Below are positions 49,859-60,742 of a stretch of DNA of 64,000 bases, piece after piece; the stretch's first letter is position 1, and the number at the start of each line of letters is the position of its first letter. A program made the translations under genes and the position numbers. This DNA comes from Chiloscyllium plagiosum (Eukaryota): the NCBI RefSeq assembly GCF_004010195.1, contig NC_057718.1:23662532-23726531 (forward strand), given 5' to 3'. A model generated the notes under the pieces. It did not search any database. It was given only the letters and a program-made list of their open reading frames with translations, and was not told the origin of the DNA.

Positions 49859-52800
49859 CCTGTTCCTTGGAAGCTGCCTGACCTGCTGCGCTTTTCCAGC
49901 AACACATTTTCAGCACACCACCTTTATTGACCTGTAATGCACAACAAACATATTGTAGTTTCTCCACATAGTTGTTAACTCTGTGTATTTGGATTATGGC
50001 TCTAAAACCATAAAGGAACTTGTTCCGACATTACCATCCCATGCTGCTCACCCACATTCCCCTTCCCCACCGTTTCTCATCATCTCCCAATACAAACCAG
50101 TTCAAGATCTCATTCCAAAGTGCTTTGTTGGCCATAAAGTTCTGTGAGATATCCTTGAGTATTGATAGGCACTGTTGAAATGGAAATCTTTCATTGCCTT
50201 TCCAGAGTGTGTGTTGCAAACGCCAAGATGACTGATAAAGATGACCATTGGCCACCTGTGCATGTTCAGATAGAAATAATTCTGTCACACCACCATTTCA
50301 CTTCAGGCCATCCCAGTAGCTGCTGTCCCGCATTGCTTGTTGCACAGGTTGCCACTTGGTTCAGTGAGTGAGATGGTAGCTGAGGCAGCAATGGCTCTTC
50401 CTGAGGATGTCTCCAGGTCAGCCAGGTTCTGATCCATTTCAGGGACATCTCTTGCACAGTACAGTGCTGCAACTTTGATGAAAGCAACAGATGCGCAAGT
50501 CAGTTGTATGGACACATTAATGCAGCACCACCACCTAAAGATGGCATTGGCAATAAATGCATTTTTTTCTTTCTCAATTATATCCTTGTATATGTTCTTT
50601 TCTCCTTTTGTTACCATCCATTCCTGTTGTTTCATTCCTATCTGTGTTTAGTTGATCTACTGAACAGGACTTTTTGCCTCAAAATGCTAAACCTGGTTCT
50701 TCAAGTCACTGTACGCTGAAGACTGGGACTTCTGTTCTTGCAGGAGTTTCCTCAAAACTGGCTGATTTCCCTCTATTTGTAGTGACATGGAGGTGGGGCT
50801 CTTGCCAGTTAATTATTGGTTGCTGGATCTCCATTGGAGATGGTTGAAGGATGAGTAGGGGAAGTGTTGAGAAGGGATGACCCTTTTCATAATGATATTT
50901 GGTCACTCAAACTTTTAAAAAGGCCACTATCAGCATAAAATTCCAATAGTGAGTATAAACGCAAACTTTAAGAATAAATGCAGTAACTATACCTGTACAG
51001 AGCTTTACTTTGGCAGGAGAACTACAGTTTGAGCTGGGAGCTATAAACGAGCTCTTCCTGACTATAACAGATAATGTAGCTACCAGTCCCAGACTAATGT
51101 AGCTACCAGTCCCAGACAGATATGAATAGCAGTGTTTCTATTGCACATCATTCTCACTGTTTTCTTTATTGCTATTCTTACTGAAGAGGTATCAGCATAA
51201 AAACATGATCCTCAGTTTCCAATCAAAGCTACATTTCCCAATAAAAGATGGTGCTACATCTCATAGTCTTTTGACTAGAGACGGGAAATTGTTTTATCCC
51301 TTGTATATATTCTAAGGCAATCCTTTATGTTAATGGACCTTCCTTTGCAGCAGTCAGTTGCAACCAGAATAATGAAGAGTTGAACCCTGCAGCAGCTCAA
51401 GTCCAGGAAGAGATGGATGAATATGGAAGACAGAAATATAAATAAAAAGCGTAAGAAACAAAAAGGACAATTGTTTTCTTACAGCTGTAACTGAATAATA
51501 CAGCCCTGGTTGTTGCTTCCGAGGTCCAGATTGTTTAGGCTGTTTTGTACATGAAGCCATCTGTCAGAGTGTTACAAAAGCTAGTTATTAATGCAGTGTA
51601 ATCTGTCCTGTGCAGCCCAAGGCTGGAGAGTCAATCTTCTTTGTTACAAGCTTAAGGCAAACTTTAGAGTATTGCAGGCATGCCTAAGAATACAGGAGTT
51701 CTTTATCAAGCCCCAGCATCCCGAATAACAAAACAAATTGCGCGATGCAAGGAATCCAAAGGTAAAATGCTCAGCCTTCCTTGTGTACTTCAGAGTCAGG
51801 TTGGCCGAATTTCAGAGGCAAAAAGTATATTCTGATTTCTCAGGCAGAGATAATGGCAGACCATTTGTTTTGGAGGAGCAATGTTTATTTGAGCACGTAG
51901 TTGGAGAGATAACAATCTGTTCAGCCCATCCTGATGTAAATATCCAGTGAGTCACTTTTAAAATTATTTGTTCACAGGGTGAGAGCTTTGCTGTCTAGGC
52001 CAGCATTTATTGCCCATCTGTAATTGCACCAATGGCAGGTAAGAGTCAGCCATCTTGTTGTGGGTCTGGAGTTACATGTAGGATGACAGTTCCCTTCCCT
52101 GAAGGACTGTTGATTCATGGTCATCTTCAGATGACAAATTCCCACCAGCTGCTGTGGCAAGAGCCGAACCCGGATCCCCGGAACGTTATCTGGCCCTTTG
52201 GATTAACAGTCTAGCAATAATACCACTTGGCCATTATCTTCCCGTCATTGCAAGATCTGATTCCCACTACTTAATTCAGAAATCACTTCCATGTATTAGT
52301 CTCCTGAAAAATTTGTACCTGCAGCCTTTCGGGTCGAAAAAGTTCTGCAAATATTCTTTCTTTTAAAATTTGGAGCACCAGGAAAAATAAAGGAGTGATG
52401 TGTTGGAATTGGCAGTGTAGCACATGGAATAAAAGACAGAGGACAAAACATCCAAGTTGATGCAAAGTACAGACAGCCTTGTTATACATATTTGATAGTT
52501 CAGTCTTCGATTTATTGCCAGATTTCTTCTCCTGTCTTTACAGCAGTTGGAATTACAAGTTCTCTTATGACTTATCTGTGCAATTTTACTATGTGATCTG
52601 CCTGTATTGATCACAAGACAAAGCTTTTCACTGTGTCTCAGTACATGTGACAATAAATTCAATCTAATTCAATTATGATAATATGCCTCAATTATCAACA
52701 AACAAACGTGTTTACAATTCACAGCATATGTCAAGAACAGGATAAAAACGTGCAAATTGCTAACATTTTCATGAAAACTCAAATGCAAGTTTTTTGTTCC

Positions 52801-52914
52801 TTATAGTTTATTGACCTTTGTTCTTCTGTTAAAAGCTATGATCATTTGTGTTTGGGTATGAAGGCTATCAATTGATTTAAGTGATGTATTATGGGTCTTC
52901 AGACAGAAAAGGAG

Positions 52915-53137
52915 ACAGGTATAGAAACAGGCCATTTGGCCCCCATTCCCCTTCCCTAACTAGTGCACCTAACACTATGGGCAATTTAGCATGGCCAATT
53001 CACCTGGACTGTACATCTTTGGAATGTGGGAGGAAACTCACAGATGCACAAACTCCACACAGACAGCTGCCCAAGGCAGGAATTGAACCCAGGTCCCTGG
53101 TTCTGTGAGGCAGCAGTGCTAGCCACTGAGCCACCAC
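52915..53137 (-). mobile_element. HE1-type SINE
   Basis: gggcaatttagcatggccaattcacc…aaactccacacagacag…ccactgagccacc. Confidence 0.88.
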
Positions 53138-53383
53138 ACCAACCTGTCTTTATCCTAACTCAGTGTGAGGAGGATTGGCATGGAGAGCTACAAATCAATA
53201 GCCCAGAAACATCATCCTTTTGTTGGTAGTTTCACAACATCTGCAGATGTGGTTACAGCAAGGAGCTGAGATTATTTCACAAAACACAGTGAGGAAAAAT
53301 AATCAGAAGATGAGCTTAATGCATCCTATTGTCTCAAAACTCAAATGACAAACAAGAATGATCAGTCTGTGATGAATGTTCAA

Positions 53384-53618
53384 ACTGGTGTCCTGCCTGG
53401 GAATGGTGTCTTGCCTGGGACTGGTGTTCTGCCTGGGACTGGTGTCCTGCCTGGGAATGGTGTCTTGCCTGGGACTGGTGTCCTGCCTGGGAATGGTGTC
53501 TTGCCTGGGAATGGTGTCTTGCCTGGGAATGGTGTCTTGCCTGGGACTGGTGTCTTGCCTGGGAATGGTGTCCTGCCTGCGATTAGTGTTCTGCCTGCGA
53601 TTGGTGTTCTGCCTGGGA
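53384..53618. repeat. 18-bp minisatellite, 13 copies, consensus A(C/A)TGGTGT(C/T)(C/T)TGCCTGGG
   Basis: Direct reading; gives GVLPG(N/T) and RQDT(I/S)P repeat ORFs. Confidence 0.95.
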
Positions 53619-54860
53619 ACCTTTCCATGAGTAGGTACAACCTGCAATGGAATTCACTCACGAAAGTCTTTCTGTTTCTGAACTGAAATCTGATTATACT
53701 CTCTGAATTTTCATTTGAAAACTATTGATGAGGAATTAAGCCTTTATAGCACTTGAGAAAAGGGACTTTGTGTCCCGTTATGGAACCTCAAAACTGAACA
53801 TGAAGTGCTTCCATAGCTTTGGGGTCAATGATGTGAGATGCCACATTGGCATGTGCAAGGAATGGCACCAGATGTAGTTTGACAGAAAAAAAAAGCCAAT
53901 TAGATTCAGTGGCACCATTTTAGAGCTGAACCATCTGATAAGTACCGTCCTTTAACCTCACACAGTTGAAAGTGCAATCACCAGCAGGAAGGACACACTT
54001 CTCCTTCCTCAATCCCCACCTCTTCTAACCAGTGCCATTTTACCAGATCATCAACAACTAAGTTAGCTATTGACTGATTCACCCCGCTGTTGTGGTGATT
54101 TCTCAAAGTGTTATTTTTGATAGCTGTTTCAAGTTGGAAAGGATCACAGGGAGTGGTGCGACAAGTGCTGAAGGACTTTTTTGCTGACCTTGAGAATTCC
54201 TTCCCTGATCTGACCTGAATATGACACTAGACCCACAGTGACATGGTTGACTCTTGACTGCCGTCTGAAATGCCAAGCAAGCCATTCAGTTCAAGGACAG
54301 ATAGGGATGGGCAATATGCTGGTCATTCCAATGATGTTCACGTCACATGGAAGAGCACAGAAGGAATTTGTCTTGGGCATTAGTTCCCATACCTGAAATG
54401 ACCAATCAGCAGCCATTTCTCACACTGCTCAATATTCTGGTCACAATTTCTTGTTTAACACAATCATTGAAAACTAACATTCATCCCTTTTTGAAGGCTA
54501 ATGCAAGCATGAATGGACATCCACCATGCTTTGTACCGCTCACCCTATTTTGAGGGTGATTTTGATTTCAATGTCTTCACAAATGCACATTACGATAAAA
54601 GCACTCTGAGCAGGGCATTCAAGAAAATGGGCAAAGTGGCTAACATCTGCTTGCTTGAGATTCATTCTAAACAATGGTTAGACACCAATTGTACAGTAAA
54701 TGAGAATTTGCAAGTCAGAAGTTTGCAAGTTTGCAGAGAAATAATGGCAATTGAATGACCATTAATACTGTACATTAATCAATTAATAAGGTCAGCAACA
54801 CCAATTGTTGTCTAAATGCATTGCTATTGATCTGTGAATATACATGACAGCAGACAATGG

Positions 54861-55106
54861 GATTTCTGAATTTACCTTGAATGGAGAAGGTAATTACAAG
54901 GAAGAAGCACTATTAATAAAAAGTATTTGCTTCTCAATTGTCTCTGTGTATTACGGTTGAAACTTTATTGCTGGAACAGCACAGCAGGTCAGGCAGCATC
55001 CAGGGAACAGGAGATTTCTGAATTTACCTTGAATGGAGAAGGTAATTACAAGGAAGAAGCACTATTAATAAAAAGTATTTACTTCTCAATTGTCTCTGTG
55101 TATTAC
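54861..55106. repeat. 94-bp direct duplication flanking a 58-bp Penelope-like fragment
   Basis: 54861-54954 equals 55013-55106 with one mismatch; the insert contains cagcaggtcaggcagcatccagggaacagga. Confidence 0.9.
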
Positions 55107-56139
55107 TTGAACTTTATTTTAAAATTATGCATTCCTCCAGATTTCCATGTGGAGCCTTGCATATAATTTGTGTCACTCAGCAAACTATACAATAGAGATG
55201 TTCCCATTGCAGGTCTCCTTTTCACGATTGAACATTGGTAGTCTGAGTCTATTTCTGTCCATCAGAGTATTTGTGAGGCTTCATGTTTCCATTGGCATCA
55301 ATTGTACTGAATGAATGTGCTCCAAGGTTATCTACTCGTTTAATGTCAAAGTGGTTTTTGGGGACTCTGTGAACAAAAGTAAACAAATAAGCAATCTAAA
55401 ATAGCATGGATTGTATCAAATCTATTTCATTGCACTCCTCTCTGGGCAGAATAATTCACTGATTTACTGTTCTCTCCCATGTGCCTCAGCGATTTGTTTT
55501 ATACAGATCAACTTAACATGATTAAGCTAACTAGGAATGTGACTCTTCAAACTTGTAAACCAAAAATCCCTCATCAGCGAGTGGAATTTTGTATGTAGAT
55601 CCTTCCAGGGACCTGACACCTCAGTGAAAGTGCTTTAGCAATCAATGGACAATTCAATCTACTCTTCATTCACTTCCTGGGATGCCAATAATATTTTGCA
55701 TTGAGAAAAACTTGTAAGTGGGCCAGCTGCAGAATACTGGTTTGATTTGCATCACAGGGGACTGCTCTGGACATTGAATGCATCAAAGTGTGTGATGGTG
55801 GAGCCAATTCCAATTTGCTGTTATGTCATTACGTCCATTGTACTGACTAATCATTGATTCTAAAAGCTAAGCACAGCAAAGATGTTGCTGTGAAGCGTAC
55901 TGTGTGGTACAAAATTGGTTGGGCTGCGAGGGGTTAGGTCAGGGTTATGCCTGATGACATATTGCAAACATCTGCCTGCTACTTCAGCCACAAACTCTGG
56001 TTTACATAAACTATATTGACCCAGTCTCTCTCTCCACAATCAAAAGCCTGATAAAACGGCAATTCTGAAATCAAGGATTCTGAATTCTTCAGTGGTCAAA
56101 ACTACTCACCACGTACACCCTTTGCTGCCAGGACATTGC

Positions 56140-56500
56140 ATGTTTTGAGGGAACTTGAAAGGGTAGGTATTGAGGGGATGCTTCCACTATTGGGGGAGTC
56201 TCCAACTAGGGGATATAGTTACAGAATAAGGAGACTCTCATTTAAAACAGATATGAAGAAGTTTCTTTTCAGAGGATCGTAAATGGTTGGAATTCTCTAT
56301 TCAAGAGAGTTACAGAGGCCAGATCACTAAAAGCATTTAAAGTGAGTACAGTTTTGAAATATCATTGATTTGGGGGAAATGAGGAGCTCACAAAAATGTT
56401 GTGGGCTGGGGGAGACTAGCCATGATGTTATAGAACGGGTTTGGCAGGCTTGAGAGAATAAATGTCATACTTTTCATTTTATTTCTTAAGTTCTTATGTT
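56140..56500 (+). mobile_element. CR1 3' fragment, decayed
   Basis: ctagggga.atagtt..agaataagg…tggaattctct…agccatgat…; ends in gttcttatg. Confidence 0.75.
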
Positions 56501-56692
56501 AATAGCCTTCCCAGCCAATATGCAACACTGGGGTTTCCTTTTGGGTTAGTGGCAACTCTGAGCTTCGGCTCATTCCTGTCCTTAACCTAACTTCTTGCCT
56601 ATTCTGTTATTTTCCTTGCCAGGGAAGAAAGAAAACATCTTCTCACAGCAAGCCAAATCAGAAATCCTGGGAATGACCAATTCCCAAATGGG

Positions 56693-56890
56693 AGACAGTG
56701 AGGTCTGCAGATGCTGGAGATCAGAGTTGAGAGTGTGTTGCTGGAAACGTACAGCAGGTCAGGCAGTATCCAAGGAGCAGGAGAATTGATGTTTCAGGCC
56801 GGAGCCCTTCATCAGGAATGAGGCTGAGAGCCTTAGAGGTGGAGAGATAAATGGGAGGGGGTGGGGCTGGGGAGAATGTAGCTGAGAGTC
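56693..56890 (-). mobile_element. Penelope-like terminal fragment
   Basis: Homologous to 48615-48800; hammerhead-like core at ~56788-56815 on the minus strand. Confidence 0.8.
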
Positions 56891-57990
56891 CCAATTCCCA
56901 ATTAGGCTGCGTCTGATTGGAATGTTTCCTCTCTCATGATAGTGCTAGAGTATAGGGAGCTGTGGAGGCTTTGTGTATCTAAACTGTTTATAATCCTCAG
57001 GACAGATTTGTATTGTAACTGGGAATACCGTCTAGAAACCACCTATATAGTGACATCTGAAATTTGAATTTGGACACATTTATTTTCATTTTCTTGCCTA
57101 TCCCTTGATCTGACTTCCATATATCTTCAAATTAATAGATAAAATTTGTACAAATGCCAAAATCTCAGTTTGCAGCTGTCCAGGAAATTAATTATCCTCA
57201 TTAATAACAAGCTGTTCAATGAAGCCGGTTCCTCCATAGTTAGAAGCAATTTTCACTTACTGAAAAATAACCATATCTGCATCACACTACATTGTCTCAA
57301 TTAACATTTGGGACTGAATCTTGCAGAATGCAGTGCAAATCAGGTGCATAAGTCAAAGAATATGGCCTGAGAAAAATGGGGAAAAATGGAATATTTTTGG
57401 TTGACAAATGACGCATCAAACCTTACTGCATCACAATTATATTCTTATTCAATGTTTCAAAGAATAGAGGCTGTTTTGTTGAAAATAGTTTTTATTTGAG
57501 AAAATAAATTAATAATTTTCTACAGAGTAATTATTAAATGGCAGTGAACACATGTCTCTGAGACTGACACCTATCAGAATATGGAACAAAGAGAAATAAG
57601 ATTTTCTCTGATTAATAAAAGTTAAAGAATCAAGAGAGTAAAGTCAGAGTTCGAATGATCGAGCATGTTCACAGCTGAAGATTATCATAAATCTGCAGAT
57701 GTCTCTTAGGCTGTTTCAATGCTATCGGTAGTGACACAGAAGCTCATGAGTTATTTTTCTGGTCTGCTTTCCTCTTAGCTGCTTTGATTCCACTCTTGTG
57801 TTGTTTTAAATGGGAAGGTCTGGATTTTTACAATGAGTGGTAGCCATGTGGCTCTTCCTTAATAATAGTAGATTTTATCTCTTGCAAAGTGAATGAGATA
57901 CCGTGTGTGAAAACTTATAGTATTTTAAAAAGAAGTCAAGGGTCAAAACCATTTCCAGAACCTGACCCACACTGGCAATTAAGAGGCTAT

Positions 57991-58116
57991 AGCTGAAAAA
58001 TGTGTTGCTGGAAAGGTGCAGCAGGTCAGGCAGCATCCAAGGAGCAGGAGAATCGACGTTTCGGGCATAAGCCCTTCTTCAGGAATCTCCAGCATCTGCA
58101 GTCCTCACTTTCTCCT
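57991..58116 (-). mobile_element. Short Penelope-like insertion with inverted tail and 14-bp TSD
   Basis: TSD aattaagaggctat at 57977-57990 and 58117-58130; intact hammerhead core on the minus strand at 58055-58082. Confidence 0.88.
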
Positions 58117-58134
58117 AATTAAGAGGCTATGTCG

Positions 58135-58420
58135 AGGTCTGCCATTCCTGGCGATTGGATTCCTGAGGTTACAGACCAACTTAGAGGCTGTGCCTTCAGC
58201 AGCATTGGTCCCAATCTCTGGAATACCCTCCCCATAGCTGTGCATCCCACTTCTTCACTTTCCTCCTTTCTAACAGTTCTTAAGATCTATCTTTTTCACC
58301 AGCTTTTGGTCATCTGACTATTACGCTTTTTATTGCTGGAGTCATATTTTGTTCTCTAATGCTCCCATGAACCATCTTGGGATTTTCATTATATGAAAGT
58401 TGTTATATAAATATAAACTG
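58135..58420 (+). mobile_element. L2-type LINE 3' end
   Basis: ggctgtgccttcagc…ctctggaataccctccc…ttcctcctt…cttaa…accagcttttggtcatctg…ttatataaat. Confidence 0.65.
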
Positions 58421-58654
58421 AAGTGAATATGACTGGAAATTGTTGACTCTATCTCACTTACTGGAAGGCATTGTGTACGTGTAGCTCATCATTATTGATC
58501 AGAATCACAATACAAGGGTAAATTGAACTAATTTATTGGACAGTTGGACTAATTTGTTGAACCTTTATTGAAAATGGTCAGATATTCATGATAGCTTTCA
58601 TCCAAGGCAATTGAGGATTTGGGTATGAACCCAAGGGAGTTCACCAATTCAGTT

Positions 58655-58887
58655 GAAATAAATCAAAAAACTATGGATGCTGAAAATCTCAAAATAGAAA
58701 TTGTTAGAGAAACTCAGCAGGTCTGTAGCATTTGAGGAGAAAAAAACCGAGTCAAGTTTCAAGTCTAATGGCCACTGACATCCAGTTCTGAAGAAGAGTT
58801 ATTGGACTTGAAATGTTAACTCTGCTTTCTCTCCACAGACGCTGCCTTACCTGCTGAAATTATCTGGCAATTTCAGTTTTTGTTTTA
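58655..58887. mobile_element. Palindromic pair of short hammerhead-type repeats
   Basis: Left arm (…aaactcagcaggtctg…) is the imperfect reverse complement of the right arm (ctgaagaagagttattggacttgaaatgttaac…cctgctga…). Confidence 0.65.
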
Positions 58888-59196
58888 CTGTTTAGTTGGA
58901 GGAGGGTGGATGCATGCGTAGAATGTGAGTATTGTTGCCAAGGCTGCCATCCTTTGTTTATTGCTCACTGATGTTCAGAAAACCGATGGGCGGATTGATT
59001 TCTGGAACCACTGAAATCGGTGCAGTCCAGCTGCTCCCTGCATGTTGTTGCAGGACTTCAATCCAGTGACAAGGGAAGGATTGGTGATATATGTCTGTTA
59101 GGATGGTGCATGGATTAGATCAAAACACCATGTCCCCTTGATGCTGCATGTCCCAGGTTTGGGAAGTTCAATCTTTAGCTACAAGTGAATATCAAC

Positions 59197-60040
59197 AGAA
59201 TCATAGAGATGTACAGCACGGAAACAGACCCTTCGGTCCAACCCGTCCATGCCGACCAGATATCCCAACCCAATCTAGTCCCACCTGCCAGCATCGGTCC
59301 ATGTCCCTCTAAACCCTTCCTATTCATATACCCATTCAGATGCCTTTTAATTGTCGCAATTGTACCAGCCTCCACCACTTCTTCTGGCAGCTCATTCCAT
59401 ACCACCCTCTGCGTGAAAAGTTGCCCCTTAGGTCCCTTTTATATCTTTCCTCTCTCACCCTAAACTTATGCCTTCTAGTTCTGGACTCCTGCACCCCAGG
59501 GAAAAGACTTTGTCTATTTACCCTATCCATGCCCCTCATAATTTTATAAACCTCTATAAGGTCATCCCTCAGCTTCCGACGCTCTAGGGAAAGCAGCCCC
59601 AGCTTATTCAACCTCTCCCTATAGCTCAAACCCTCCAACTCTGGCAAAAACCTTGTAAATCATTTCTGAACCCTTTCAAGTTTCACAACATCCTTCCAAT
59701 AGAAAGGAGACCAGAACTGCACGCAATATTCCAAAATTAGCCTAACCAACTTCCTGTGCAGGCGCAACATGACCTTCCAATTCCAATACTCAGACCAATA
59801 AAGGAAAGCATACTAAAAGCCTTCTTCACTATCCTATCTACCTGTGACTGCACTTTCAAAGAGCTATGAAACTGCATCTAGGGTCTCTTTGTTCAGCAAC
59901 ACACCCTAGGACTTTACCATTTGGTGCATAAGTCCTGCTAAGATTTGCTTTCCCAAAATGCAGCACCTCGCATTTATCTAAATTAAACTCCATGTGCCAC
60001 TCCTCAGCGCATTGGTGTATCTGATCAAGATCCCGTTGTT
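59197..60040 (-). mobile_element. CR1/HER1 LINE 3' fragment
   Basis: ORF 59336-59647 LSYRERLNKLGL.SLERRKLR.DLIEVYKIMRG; tail at 59197. Confidence 0.93.
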
Positions 60041-60444
60041 AGAGTCCACGTCAACCAGGTTATGTAAGGTTGGCAAAGTTTTAGAAGCTGGTTAACTAAG
60101 TGGATTCTTGAGGGGCACAAGTGCCCCAGGAGGGAAGCGCAGAAAGAAAGAAAGAACGTAAAACGCACATCTGAAATAGAATATATTTAAACCGAGTTAG
60201 TTTTCTTGTCAATTTTCTCCCTTGCCCCCACCCAGTCACTTTCCATCCTTGTTAGGAAGGGTTTCAGCATTGTCTCTGGCTCCAAGAGGATATGACTCAG
60301 ATGCTAGTCTTGAAAATGAGCATCTGAAAGCAATTAAGCTGAGGTGCAATATAGTTAGACTTGAAGCAAAAACAGAAAGTGCTGGAGAAGTTCAACAAGT
60401 CTGAGAGCATCTATGCAGAAAGAAGCAGAATTGGTGCTTTTTTT

Positions 60445-60742
60445 TAGATTAGATTCCCTTCAGTGGCCCAACAAGTCCACACTGACCCTCCAAAGAGTAA
60501 CCCACCCAGACTCATTTCCTGGCATTTACCCCTGACAAATGCTCCGAACACTATGGGCAATTTAGCATGGCCAGTTCACCTGACCTGCACATCTTTTGGA
60601 ATGTGGGAAGAAACTGGAGCACCCGGAGGAATCTTACGCAGACACGAGGAGAACGTGCAAACTCCACACAGCCAGTTGCCCAAGGCCAGAATCAAACCCG
60701 GGTCCCTAGCGCTGTGAGGCAGCAGTGCTAATACTGAGCCAA
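60445..60742 (-). mobile_element. HE1-type SINE nested in a short hammerhead-type repeat
   Basis: Matches 30315-30712; host repeat arms at 60360-60440 and 60750-60845. Confidence 0.88.

Larger units (their letters stand above)
48612..49912. mobile_element. Penelope-like element with inverted termini spanning an assembly gap
   Basis: 48648-48790 is the reverse complement of 49772-49914; 17-bp TSD gcacaccacctttattg at 48595-48611 and 49913-49929. Confidence 0.88.

Noticed and set aside
48835..49881. 348-aa ORF
   Set aside because: Almost entirely N gap.
51072..51117. Short tandem duplication taatgtagctaccagtcccagac x2 (also ~2024-2060)
   Set aside because: Ordinary slippage duplication with no insert or further structure.
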